Of a stretch of 64,000 nucleotides of DNA, positions 41,355-51,153 are shown in pieces. Positions within the stretch are counted from its first letter, which is position 1. Each line of letters begins with the position of its first letter. A program made the position numbers and the translations under genes. The stretch is from a bacterium (lineage in GTDB: Bacteria > Electryoneota > Electryoneia > Electryoneales > Electryoneaceae): NCBI GenBank assembly GCA_963669175.1, contig OY769902.1:4864001-4928000 (forward strand). The letters are read 5' to 3'. The notes below the pieces were generated by a model. It was not told the DNA's origin. It ran no database searches and was given only the letters and a program-made list of their open reading frames with translations.

Positions 41355-43046
41355 TCACTTCACATAGTGTAACCTGACAGTCTGACCACTTCCCTCAACA
41401 GGTTCAAAGCGCAGAAAATAGGTTCCCGAAGCCAGTCCCGGTTCCGGTGTCCAGATGAAACGGTTTGTGCCTGCTGAAAAACGTCTCGCCCCTTTCGCAA
41501 TAGTCCTCCCCAACAGATCGAACACCTGAAATTCCACCAGACCCGCTTCCGGGGTTCTACAAGTGACGGTCACACTACGGTTGAACGGGGAAGGATAAGC
41601 AGATACGATCTCAAAGGATTCCGGGAGGGTGGACGTTTGAGGTTGCCGGGCGACACTGTTGACACCTGCAAGAGTGCCGTTGGTATACATCTTATACAAC
41701 CAGAGTTGACGGCCAGCATTGCGGTAATCATTCCGCATTAAAATGACAACACTACTATCCTGTTCAATATAGACTGCATCAGACATTCCTAAATGGGGAG
41801 TACTAATTATATTATACGCTACGAAATGCTGTTCGGGATATTGTCCCCATAATACCGTGCCTGTGCTATCAATACGATATCCACACAATCCTTCCATGTT
41901 CGGAATGGTTTCATCTGATCCCCATCCATAAAACGCTAGAACGCCATTATTGCCGTCGTATGCTACACAAGTTCGTGGCGCTAAAGTAAAATAGGTGTTT
42001 TCAATGGAGTCAGCCAGAATTTCATACGTATCCCAATAGGGAGTGCCATCCAGTTTGATACGTGATATCCGGGCCTGGTGCATATCAAGTTCGCCAACAG
42101 ATACAAAGCTGGTATCGGGCATAATCAGGATATTTGACGGGTTATCACCACTACACAAAATGTATCCTTCCTCTCCCCATGGTTGAGAACCATCAGCGCA
42201 AACACGAGTATACCAATAAACAGAGTATAGGCTTCTTTGTTGATAGATAAATCCTCCCTGAAGATCAGATACAACATACCACGCATCATCCCACTGGTTG
42301 ATGATTTGTTTCGACTCATAGCGCAGGCTGCCGTCTGCATGGACCTGATTGTATCGGGAATCGCCTGCATTATTGCTGTAGGTAATAGCATAAATACCGC
42401 CGGAGGAATCCGGGCAAAATATCACTAAACCATATACAAAACCAAAATCAATATCATCTTCGGTTTTCAGACTACCGTCCGCATTGACACCGCAGATATA
42501 GCCCTGCCGACTGAACGCAGGGGTGTAATGCATCCAGCAACCGCCACTCCCATCCTCGGCAAAGTCATACACACATTCCATTTGCAATGCATGAACGCCA
42601 GGATCGTTTTGAGAGACACGAATCGCTTCATCCCAGACTCGTTCCCCTTCCAGCGTAAACCGTTGGGCATACAGGCTCCAGGTGGAATCCGGCTCCCAGG
42701 AGTTCACACCGACAATGATTGTTTCATCTATCGAAGGCATACTACCTACCAGATCGGCCGTGAATTCCAGTGAATCAGCGAAAAACTGAACTCCCTGATC
42801 CGGGAACAGGGCATAGCCATCCCTGTCAATACGCTGAATTCGTACTGTTCCATCCTGCAAACGATCAAAGATTACCCAAACACCACCGTATCCATCAGGA
42901 AATATCTTCCATGATCCTGCATATTCTGTTATGCACACGCCGCCGTCTTCCTCGGACCACTGGGCGTGGGAAGGATTGTTCACAAGCAGAGCAATACAGG
43001 TAACGGCCAGACACAGGATGAAAAGACGAAGGCGTGAGGTCTTCAT
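41355..43046 (-). CDS. Secreted beta-rich protein with T9SS type-A sorting domain
   Basis: Signal peptide; repeated DG.GG.W/YAQR units; C-terminal SAYPSPFN..VFDLLGR..W...LASGTYFL..K. Confidence 0.85.
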   Translation of the reverse strand: MKTSRLRLFILCLAVTCIALLVNNPSHAQWSEEDGGVCITEYAGSWKIFPDGYGGVWVIFDRLQDGTVRIQRIDRDGYALFPDQGVQFFADSLEFTADLVGSMPSIDETIIVGVNSWEPDSTWSLYAQRFTLEGERVWDEAIRVSQNDPGVHALQMECVYDFAEDGSGGCWMHYTPAFSRQGYICGVNADGSLKTEDDIDFGFVYGLVIFCPDSSGGIYAITYSNNAGDSRYNQVHADGSLRYESKQIINQWDDAWYVVSDLQGGFIYQQRSLYSVYWYTRVCADGSQPWGEEGYILCSGDNPSNILIMPDTSFVSVGELDMHQARISRIKLDGTPYWDTYEILADSIENTYFTLAPRTCVAYDGNNGVLAFYGWGSDETIPNMEGLCGYRIDSTGTVLWGQYPEQHFVAYNIISTPHLGMSDAVYIEQDSSVVILMRNDYRNAGRQLWLYKMYTNGTLAGVNSVARQPQTSTLPESFEIVSAYPSPFNRSVTVTCRTPEAGLVEFQVFDLLGRTIAKGARRFSAGTNRFIWTPEPGLASGTYFLRFEPVEGSGQTVRLHYVK

Positions 43047-43169
43047 GGTGGTCTCGTGATAAGCATGATTTCAGTACTAAACTGCATGATCTGGAGATGA
43101 AATGGCAAGAGTTTGAGAGGCTTCTGAAGTTTGAAGTTAACAAGTTGGAAGGTTCGAAAGTTACTTCAA

Positions 43170-43385
43170 TGGCCCCGTCGGCTTGAAGCACGCTGAAGCG
43201 AAGAAGTCCTGACTCACACCCACCATGTCATCCCCGACTTTACTTGTGCGCCGAGGCGTATCGGGGATCTCGAGATGCGATGTTAGTATCCTATTGGCCC
43301 CGCCGGCTTGAAGCATGCTGTAGCGAAGCGGAAGCGGCTGCCCGGCGGTGGTCTATTTTAATTGAATTAAAGAGGTTAGTCCTTC
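43170..43385 (+). repeat. Palindromic dispersed element, copy D, enclosing a GTCATCCCCG/CGGGGATCTC hairpin
   Basis: Head at 43170; TGTCATCCCCG..CGGGGATCTCGAG at 43225-43274; full copy at 43295-43385 with GAGGTTAGTCCTTC tail. Confidence 0.85.
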
Positions 43386-43483
43386 TGTTTTCATTCGCGC
43401 CGAGTGTGAAGTAGTACAAAAACACGTAGCGACACTTTCATCCACATGAAGATGGACACCGAAGTTTGCGATGTACCGTCTTT

Positions 43484-43912
43484 GGGGGACAGCCGTAGTA
43501 AACTGGTAAACTGTGTAAACTGGGGACAGACGGTAGTTTTCTTCAATGGTGGTAACATAATAACTACCGTCTGTCCCTATTTTTAGGGGGACAGCCGTAA
43601 ATCCAGTCAAGCCGGAAAGAGCGAGAAAGCCAGTACTCCAACCAGAAACGTCGAAAATAACGCCTTAAATACTATTTGATGCACAACCGGAAAGTACGCT
43701 TAAGCGCACTCACGTGATTTATCGCCATCCTACACCCCGGCTGAAGCCGGGTGCTAAGAAGAGCAGGCTGAAGCCTGCTAAATCAAATATTGCCCTATCT
43801 CTTCTGAGTTGAAAAGTCAAAAAGTTGAAAAGTTGACAAGTTGGAAAGTTCCAAAGTTATTGCATTCAAGTCATTTATCCTGACTATCCTTGTCATCCTT
43901 TTCATCCTGCAA
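43484..43912. repeat. Mixed repeat cluster (GGGACAG inverted repeat, GGCTGAAGCC hairpins, 8- and 9-bp tandems)
   Basis: GGGACAGACGGTAGTT..AACTACCGTCTGTCCC; CCCGGCTGAAGCCGGG; AGCAGGCTGAAGCCTGCT; AAAAGTTG octamers; ATCCT-core nonamers. Confidence 0.75.
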
Positions 43913-44312
43913 ATTCAACCAACGCCCACACACATAGAACTGCCTTGCCTCATTGCTGACACGCTTTTTGCAATGCCCCCCTTCTCACTGTTGCATTCGC
44001 GACATTCAGTGTTGCATCTCCGTCTATCAGGACAATCATAGATGCGCAGGCTTGTTCTGTATACTGCTATAACGCTCCGGTCAATATGCCTCCCGGACAT
44101 CCCGACCCTTCAGTTACGACTGCAATCAGGCATCCCAAACATCTCTACATCTGCAACACATGTGAAAAGAATCGCAAAAGAGCGTATCTGCATTCATTAC
44201 AGCCCTGACGCGAACATCCCACCTGCTCCATGTTGACTCCGTTAATCACTATTGATTCATTTTTACGTAGCGTATTCAACTATTCTGCATTCATATTGAA
44301 TTGTTTACAGAC

Positions 44313-44351
44313 AAAGTGTTGCAACACTTTATGCAACAGTAGATGCAACAC
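44313..44351. promoter_or_regulatory. Candidate operator upstream of the Hmc-like operon
   Basis: Perfect 18-bp palindrome AAAGTGTTGCAACACTTT, with TGCAACA repeated at 12-bp spacing (44320, 44332, 44344). Confidence 0.45.
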
Positions 44352-44836
44352 TTAAAACACAATTCACGAAATAGAAATATGTTAGATTGCTTACATTTCG
44401 TCAGAATTCGACCAGGACTCGCGCTGCACAGTCGCTGTAACCCGTGACAATAAAACGAGATTCACAACATCCAGGAGCACTGAAAGGGGTTCGTATAAAA
44501 ATTAGTCCCCTAAAAATAAACTCTCCTAACTTGGAAATAATTTTTGCGCATTTAATTTGCCAAGACCTGGAGCTGTTGCAAGCAACAGAATATCAGCAAC
44601 ATAGCAAGACATCGGGCAAATACATGAATAGTAGATCTATTTGTATAGAAATACCGCAATCACAACGCTTTACATAGACAAGGCATTGAAAATGAATTAT
44701 ATTGGTGTTCGCTCTACGTGAATTCTATCACATATTCTCTCATTCTCGCGGCAAAATACGATTGATTTTTTGTTGGTTTTCTTGGATTCTACCGTTGCAT
44801 TCTCCGGTTGCGGCAGGAAACAGAAGGACGTACACC

Positions 44837-46291
44837 ATGATTCGGTTGTCTGAAGAGGAACGCAAAAAGGCGTTAGCCATCCCAAAAAAAGATGAGGTGG
44901 TTGAACGCCAGAAACTCCCCGTTCGCTATCATGTAGAAGAGGAGTTCCTGGTCATGGAGGATCGTCCCAGGCGCTTTCTTGAAGCGTTTGCGGCCATTCT
45001 CAAACATACGAATTATCGGTTTGTGCTGGACCATTACATCCGTACGTCGGCCAAGTGCTCCCGTTGCACAGTACAGTGCCAGGTTCACGAAGCGACACAG
45101 GACCCGCATGACATTCCCTGTTTTCGTTCCGAGCTGCTGCTGAAGGTCTATCGCAGGCACTTCACGGTCGCGGGCATGATGAAGGGACGTTTGACCGGCG
45201 ATCCGGGTCTGACGGATGAGGATATTCAGAAAATGGCGCAGTCATTTTACGATTGCACTGCCTGCCGTCGTTGCCAGATCGAGTGCCCGGTCGGTATTGA
45301 CCACGGTATGATCACTCACCTGGGCCGTTGGATCCTGGCTGAAATCGGGATTGCTTCACGTGCGCTTGTAGTCAGTACACGTGAACAACTGGTTGGCGAA
45401 ACCAAGAACACTTCGGCGATTCCGGTTCCGGCATTGATGAACTCCCTGGAGTTCCTCGAAGAGGAAATGGAAGAGACCAAGGCGGCTGAGGTCAAGTTCC
45501 CGGTTGATGTGGAAGGCGCGGACTACCTCTTCCTCGCCCCGGTATCCGACTTCATGATGGAAGCGGAGACCTTGATGGGCATCGCCTGTGTATTGCATGC
45601 GACCAACGCTTCCTGGACCATCGGCACCGGCAACTATGACGGTATCAACTACGGTCTGTTCTACTCTGACCACGTGCTGGAAAAAGTGCTGGAAAATGTG
45701 GAAAAGGAAGTGGAACGGCTGAAGATCAAGAAAGCCATTCTGATTGGTGAATGCGGCCACGCCAGCCGTAGCGCCAAATTCTTCTACAATACGTTCGCCA
45801 AGCGCACCAAGATGCCCGTGATCAACATCCTGGAATATACCTACGAGCATCTGAACGAGATCAAGTTTGACACCGAGATGATCACGGAAACCGTGACCTA
45901 TCACGATCCCTGCAACATCGCTCGTCCGGGCTGGATCATCAAGCAGCCGCGTGCCATCATCCGTGCGTTCATCAAGAACTTTGTCGAGATGACCCCGAAC
46001 GGTTTGAACAACGTCTGCTGTGGCGGCGGTGGTGGTACGGTTTCGATTGATGAAATCCGTCCATACCGCACCACGATTGGCGGCGCGAAAAAAGCCAACA
46101 TGATCCGTGCTACGATCACGGAAGGCCAGGACCATTACACAATCGCCCCGTGTGCCAACTGTAAAAAGCAATTGAAGGAGGTGATTGAAGATCAGGAAAT
46201 CCCATCCACGCTGGTAGGGCTGCATGACCTGATCTACAAGGCGATCATCCTTTCAGACGATGGTCAGGCCTGGCATGAGCCGGAATACTAG
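44837..46291 (+). CDS. HdrD/DsrK/HmcF-like Fe-S oxidoreductase (CCG domain)
   Basis: CTACRRCQIECP, GECGH, TYHDPCN, CCGGGGG and APCANC motifs; start MIRLS chosen. Confidence 0.88.
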   Translation: MIRLSEEERKKALAIPKKDEVVERQKLPVRYHVEEEFLVMEDRPRRFLEAFAAILKHTNYRFVLDHYIRTSAKCSRCTVQCQVHEATQDPHDIPCFRSELLLKVYRRHFTVAGMMKGRLTGDPGLTDEDIQKMAQSFYDCTACRRCQIECPVGIDHGMITHLGRWILAEIGIASRALVVSTREQLVGETKNTSAIPVPALMNSLEFLEEEMEETKAAEVKFPVDVEGADYLFLAPVSDFMMEAETLMGIACVLHATNASWTIGTGNYDGINYGLFYSDHVLEKVLENVEKEVERLKIKKAILIGECGHASRSAKFFYNTFAKRTKMPVINILEYTYEHLNEIKFDTEMITETVTYHDPCNIARPGWIIKQPRAIIRAFIKNFVEMTPNGLNNVCCGGGGGTVSIDEIRPYRTTIGGAKKANMIRATITEGQDHYTIAPCANCKKQLKEVIEDQEIPSTLVGLHDLIYKAIILSDDGQAWHEPEY

Positions 46292-46374
46292 GATGTTCCG
46301 GCCCCGGATTTTCCAGGTGAAGATCCGGCACAACAACGCAAAAAAGAAAAGAAAACATACAGACGGAGGACGTA

Positions 46375-47079
46375 GTGGAAGCCTGGCTTGAGTTTGGACG
46401 CGGCCCGCTGTTCCGGCTCTGTTTCACGCTGATGGTGCTGGGATTACTCCGAACCTTCGCCATGTCGCTTATCGGCATGGTTGAAGCGTACTACAGGGCC
46501 GGTGACAAGACCGTTCCCTGGGGCGCCCTGGTCAAGAAGACCCTGGGTTGGATATTCCCGGTGAACCGCATCTGGCGCGCACGCCCGGTATACAGCACGA
46601 TTTCATTCCTGTGGCATATCGGCCTGATCCTGGTTCCGCTTTTCCTGGCAGCGCATGTGATGTTGTGGAAAAAAAGTGTTGGCTTTGGCTGGCCGACGCT
46701 TCCACAGACCTGGGCTGATTACCTGACGATACTGGCTATCGTTGGCGCCATTGCCCTGTTTATCGGACGTGTTGGCAGCAAGTGGGCGCGCACGTTGAGC
46801 CGTCCGCAGGATTATATCTGGCCGCTGCTTCTGGCGATCCCGTTCATCAGTGGCTACCTGTGTGTCAACGCGGAACTGACCGCGCATGAATACCAGGTAT
46901 GGATGCTGATTCACGTGTATTCCGCGAACGTCATCATGCTTTCGATCCCGTTCACCAAGGTCGCGCACTGTATCCTGTTCCCACTGTCACAGTTTGTCAG
47001 CGGTCTTGGCTGGAAGTTCCCGAAGTATGCGGGTGATCGTGTGGCCAAAACACTCGGGAAGGGAGATATGCCGGTATGA
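46375..47079 (+). CDS. HmcE/DsrM/NarI-like membrane cytochrome b
   Basis: Several TM helices; His pairs WHIGLILVPLFLAAH and IHVYS..IPFTKVAH. Confidence 0.8.
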   Translation: MEAWLEFGRGPLFRLCFTLMVLGLLRTFAMSLIGMVEAYYRAGDKTVPWGALVKKTLGWIFPVNRIWRARPVYSTISFLWHIGLILVPLFLAAHVMLWKKSVGFGWPTLPQTWADYLTILAIVGAIALFIGRVGSKWARTLSRPQDYIWPLLLAIPFISGYLCVNAELTAHEYQVWMLIHVYSANVIMLSIPFTKVAHCILFPLSQFVSGLGWKFPKYAGDRVAKTLGKGDMPV

Positions 47080-47888
47080 GTTACGCGATCCTGACCGATA
47101 CGACCAGGTGCATCGGCTGCCGTGAATGTGTAGCCGCCTGCAAAGTGACCTGGAACCTTGAAGGGGACGTCCCCCGTCGCTGGTCCAAGAACGATGGCCT
47201 GTCCGCCTTGAACTGGACTTCCATCGTGGAAAAAGGCCCGGACGAGTATGTTCGCAAGCAGTGCCGTCACTGTAAAGAACCGGCCTGCGCGTCTGCCTGC
47301 CCGGTTGGCGCATTGCACCATACGCCTGAAGGCCCGGTTGTTTACGACGCTCACAAGTGTCTTGGTTGCCGCTACTGCATGATGGCCTGCCCCTACGGTA
47401 TCCCGCGTTATGACTGGGACAGCGCGGTGCCTTATGTCCGCAAGTGCATCATGTGTTACCCGCGCATCAAGGACGGCCAGCAGCCGGCCTGCACGGAAGC
47501 CTGCCCGGTAGACGCGACCATTTTCGGCGACCGTGATGAGCTGATCGCCGAAGCGCACCGCCGAATCAAGGCGGAACCGGACAAATACATTGACCATGTC
47601 TGGGGCGAGCACGAAGTTGGCGGCACCAATGTGCTGTACATCTCCAGCTTCGACCTGTCCTGCCTGACCTATGGACGTCCGCTGGACGACAAGCCGCTTC
47701 CGGCGCGTACCCGTCCGGCGATGAACGCTGTCCTGCCGACCTTTGGCGTCATGTTCGCCACTATGGGCGGCCTGGGCTGGCTGATCGGACGCCGCATGGA
47801 AAACGCCCAGACCGACCAACCTGAACAGGAAGCGCCGAAAGATAACGACACATCCAATGATGACCAGGGGGAGGTCAACAATGGATAG
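47076..47888 (+). CDS. HybA/HmcB-like 4Fe-4S protein with C-terminal TM anchor and no Tat signal
   Basis: CIGCRECVAAC, CRHCKEPACASACP, CLGCRYCMMACP and CIMC..PACTEACP motifs; GEHEVGGTNVLY. Confidence 0.9.
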   Translation: MSYAILTDTTRCIGCRECVAACKVTWNLEGDVPRRWSKNDGLSALNWTSIVEKGPDEYVRKQCRHCKEPACASACPVGALHHTPEGPVVYDAHKCLGCRYCMMACPYGIPRYDWDSAVPYVRKCIMCYPRIKDGQQPACTEACPVDATIFGDRDELIAEAHRRIKAEPDKYIDHVWGEHEVGGTNVLYISSFDLSCLTYGRPLDDKPLPARTRPAMNAVLPTFGVMFATMGGLGWLIGRRMENAQTDQPEQEAPKDNDTSNDDQGEVNNG

Positions 47889-49872
47889 AGTACGCAAGCT
47901 GAAACTGGTCCTCTGGACCATCTTCGGATTGGCCTTTGCGGTTGCTGTAACCCGTTTCGCCGTTGGACTTGGCGCTACGACCAACCTGAATGATGGGTAT
48001 GGCTGGGGTTTCTGGATCGGCTTTGATGTTATGGGTGGTGTCGCTCTTGCGGCCGGTGGTTTCGTCATCACCGCCATCGTGTACATCTTCCGTAAGGAAG
48101 AGTTCCACGGCATCGTCAAACCAGCCGTTTTGACCGCTTTCCTGGGCTATGTGGCTGTGATTGTCGGCCTCCTGTTCGACCTGGGTTTACCTTGGAACAT
48201 CTGGCACATGATCATTTTCTGGAACCCTCATTCCCCGCTGTTTGAGGTCGGCTGGTGTGTCATGTTGTACACCACCGTTTTGCTTCTGGAATTCAGCCCG
48301 GTACCGCTTGAGCCGTTCAGCGCGTGGGCGAAAATACGTGCGTTCCTGATCAAGTTCCGGATGCTGTTTGTCGTGCTGGGTATTTCACTTTCCACCCTGC
48401 ACCAGTCATCCCTGGGAAGCCTGTTCCTGATCATGCCGCATCGTCTGCATCCCTTGTGGTATACCCCGATCCTGCCGATCCTGTTCTTCGTCTCGGCGGT
48501 GATGCTGGGCTTCTACATGGTTTGCTGGGAAAGCCTGTTCACTACCCACATGTACCGCCGTGAAAAAGAAGCAAGCCTGCTGGGCAAGCTTCTGGGCGTG
48601 GCACGATGGGTAATGCTGCTTTACCTGATCATTCGCTTCGGTGACCTGGCCGTCCGTGGCCAGCTTGGTTACCTGACAGAGGGTGGCTACTATACCAACC
48701 TGTTCTGGACCGAAGTGCTGGTTATGGCGATTATCCCGTTCATCCTGACCCTAATCCCACGTGTTGTGAAAAGCACCGCGGGCCAGTGGTTCATCGCCAG
48801 TTTCGGTGTCTTCGGTGTCGTACTGAACCGTACCGATGTCGGTGGACTGGCTCATCAGATCGGCGGCGGGGTGCACTACGCACCAGCTTGGTCAGAATAT
48901 GTTGTCAGCGCGGGTGTGGTATCCCTGGCGGGTCTGATATTCATGTTCTTTGTTGAACATTTCAAGGTCTGGGAACACCGGCCGGCCGATCCTCATGCCG
49001 ACCCGGAAACATTGCCTGAATTTGACAGCGCCAGCCAGGTATCCCTTGGTACGCCACACATCGCAGCCCGCAGCACCTTCTCCCTGGCGTTTATCATTGC
49101 CATGGGTGTCGGCTTCATGCTGCTCGCCGGCGAAAAGGTAACCAGCAAGGGTATCGATCCCACCCCGGTCCATGCAGCGCGTGGTGACCAGGATACGTTG
49201 TGGATTGATGGCAACCTGGACGGCTACGGTGTCGCGTTCCCGCATAAAGTCCATGAGACCAACAATGGCGGCCCGGAATCCTGCGTGAAGTGCCACCACA
49301 TGAACCTGCCGTTGGACAAGCAGTCGGTATGCGCCGAGTGCCACTACGACATGTATATCGCAGTGGACGCGTTCAAGCATGACTGGCATGCTTCACCCGA
49401 TGGCGGCAACGTGCAGTGTGTGAAGTGCCACAATGAAGGCGTTCCACGCAGCGCCGATACGGCTTCATTGAAGGAAGGTGTATACGATTGCAGCGCCTGC
49501 CACAACGACCTGTTCCCGGCCGGTGCTACGATTGTCGTTGAACAGTACGATGCCCTCGGCTACGCACAGGCCATGCATACACTTTGCATCGATTGCCATG
49601 TGGATACTGCCAGCGCACGCGCCCTCGCAGCGTTGAAGTACAACCAGGAAGAACCGGCTGGAAGTGATGCGGGAATGGATGCCGGGGCGAAGGATTATTC
49701 CCAGGCGGAACTGATCGCATACAACGATGAACATTTCAAGGTTCTGACCAAGTGCTCGGTCTGCCATACCGGCGAAATTCGTGAGACGGTACAGCTTACC
49801 GACACCCAGAAAGCCTTGGGCGGTACAGTCACTGCTTGCCCTGTACTGCCGCCGCAGGAGCTGAAGAAGTAG
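47881..49872 (+). CDS. NrfD/HybB/HmcC-like membrane subunit fused to a six-heme class III cytochrome c domain
   Basis: WGFWIGFDVMGGVALAAGGF, SPLFEVGWC and TLHQSSLGSL motifs; C-terminal VAFPHKVH and six CxxCH (CVKCH, CAECH, CVKCH, CSACH, CIDCH, CSVCH). Confidence 0.9.
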   Translation: MDRVRKLKLVLWTIFGLAFAVAVTRFAVGLGATTNLNDGYGWGFWIGFDVMGGVALAAGGFVITAIVYIFRKEEFHGIVKPAVLTAFLGYVAVIVGLLFDLGLPWNIWHMIIFWNPHSPLFEVGWCVMLYTTVLLLEFSPVPLEPFSAWAKIRAFLIKFRMLFVVLGISLSTLHQSSLGSLFLIMPHRLHPLWYTPILPILFFVSAVMLGFYMVCWESLFTTHMYRREKEASLLGKLLGVARWVMLLYLIIRFGDLAVRGQLGYLTEGGYYTNLFWTEVLVMAIIPFILTLIPRVVKSTAGQWFIASFGVFGVVLNRTDVGGLAHQIGGGVHYAPAWSEYVVSAGVVSLAGLIFMFFVEHFKVWEHRPADPHADPETLPEFDSASQVSLGTPHIAARSTFSLAFIIAMGVGFMLLAGEKVTSKGIDPTPVHAARGDQDTLWIDGNLDGYGVAFPHKVHETNNGGPESCVKCHHMNLPLDKQSVCAECHYDMYIAVDAFKHDWHASPDGGNVQCVKCHNEGVPRSADTASLKEGVYDCSACHNDLFPAGATIVVEQYDALGYAQAMHTLCIDCHVDTASARALAALKYNQEEPAGSDAGMDAGAKDYSQAELIAYNDEHFKVLTKCSVCHTGEIRETVQLTDTQKALGGTVTACPVLPPQELKK

Positions 49873-49895
49873 ACCGCTAGATATGCTTTGTATAC

Positions 49896-49931
49896 AACCC
49901 TCCGCTGGCTGAAATCCAACGGAGGGTTTTT
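49896..49931 (+). terminator. Intrinsic terminator after the Hmc-like operon
   Basis: AACCCTCCG...CGGAGGGTT followed by Ts. Confidence 0.7.
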
Positions 49932-49933
49932 GC

Positions 49934-51142
49934 TCACAGGTACATGGCAAAGCCGAAAGAGGTCTCTTCGACATCCTGGAACAACGGTGCTTTCTGACCG
50001 GCGCCATAACGGATGTAGAAGAAATACTTGTTACGCATCTCTTCGGCTGATCCCAGCAAAAGACTCAAAGGCCCCAAATAGTATTTCAGACGATCCAGAT
50101 CCTGCGCCCAGGTAAATTCGAGATAACGATTATCCCTGTCCATGCCGGGAATTTCTTTATCCCATGAACACCACTGCGCTTCAAACTGCAGGATGAACAA
50201 GGGGGATAAAGGTGCTTCTGTCCAGATACGTAAATCTTTTCTGGCTGGAACAGTGACCTTATCCTGATCTTCGCCTTCTGCATGATAGATTCCGCTGACA
50301 ACCAGGGGTGACGTCATACGCAGGAAGCCACGTTCTTTCGGGAAGGATCCGACAATCAGGTTCGTAAGCGGAATTTCCAGTTGCAGGCTGCCGGTAGCAT
50401 GCTGGTTGACCACATGGAGCAACTCGTCGGTCAGTGTATCCGTGGCTGTATCAAACTGGAATCCACCCGATGCCTGAAACTCATAAAGCTCATCCAGGAA
50501 ATCATAGTATCCCAGCAAATTCAGAGATCCACTGCTCTCAGTACCATGTTGAAAACGATCTTCTGTGGTAAAAGATCCTGTTGAGGCAAGCTTCAAGTCC
50601 ACATCATCGAAAAGAATATCACTGAAATTACCCAGGTTGATCTTCATGATTGAAATAGCAATGTTATAATCCAGAGCCCCTTGAGCTTCAATACTGGTGA
50701 AACGTCTTAAACCAAGCTGCATGTCGTAATTCGTACCGAATGAAAAAGTATTCTCATGGTCTTGCGCTTTATCCTCGACAACATACTCTGCCTGATCAAC
50801 CATCAAAACCAGGCTCTTACCCGCCTCAAAATCACCATATAGAAAGCACTGATCTTTATGTAATCCACTGGCAAACTGTATGTCCGTAATAACAACATCA
50901 CCATCACGTCCGCTTACTCTCCATCTCCCCGGATCGCTGTAATGTTCAATCTGAGCCTCGTTCAGATCCTTTTTGAAGCGCACGGTCACACGTAAATAGG
51001 TTGATTCTCCGCTTTTGCTTTTTGCTTTGTTCACTGTTTCCAGTATGGCAGGGGAATCCTCATGCAACTCTACCGATTCAATAGCCAGAGCCGAAAATGC
51101 GAATCCAACGATTACAAGAAGACTCAAATAGAATACACGCAT
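49934..51142 (-). CDS. Hypothetical secreted/outer-membrane protein
   Basis: AAGGAG RBS, signal peptide MRVFYLSLLVIVGFAFSALA, beta-strand-like C-terminus SFGFAMYL. Confidence 0.65.
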   Translation of the reverse strand: MRVFYLSLLVIVGFAFSALAIESVELHEDSPAILETVNKAKSKSGESTYLRVTVRFKKDLNEAQIEHYSDPGRWRVSGRDGDVVITDIQFASGLHKDQCFLYGDFEAGKSLVLMVDQAEYVVEDKAQDHENTFSFGTNYDMQLGLRRFTSIEAQGALDYNIAISIMKINLGNFSDILFDDVDLKLASTGSFTTEDRFQHGTESSGSLNLLGYYDFLDELYEFQASGGFQFDTATDTLTDELLHVVNQHATGSLQLEIPLTNLIVGSFPKERGFLRMTSPLVVSGIYHAEGEDQDKVTVPARKDLRIWTEAPLSPLFILQFEAQWCSWDKEIPGMDRDNRYLEFTWAQDLDRLKYYLGPLSLLLGSAEEMRNKYFFYIRYGAGQKAPLFQDVEETSFGFAMYL

Positions 51143-51153
51143 GACATTCTCCT

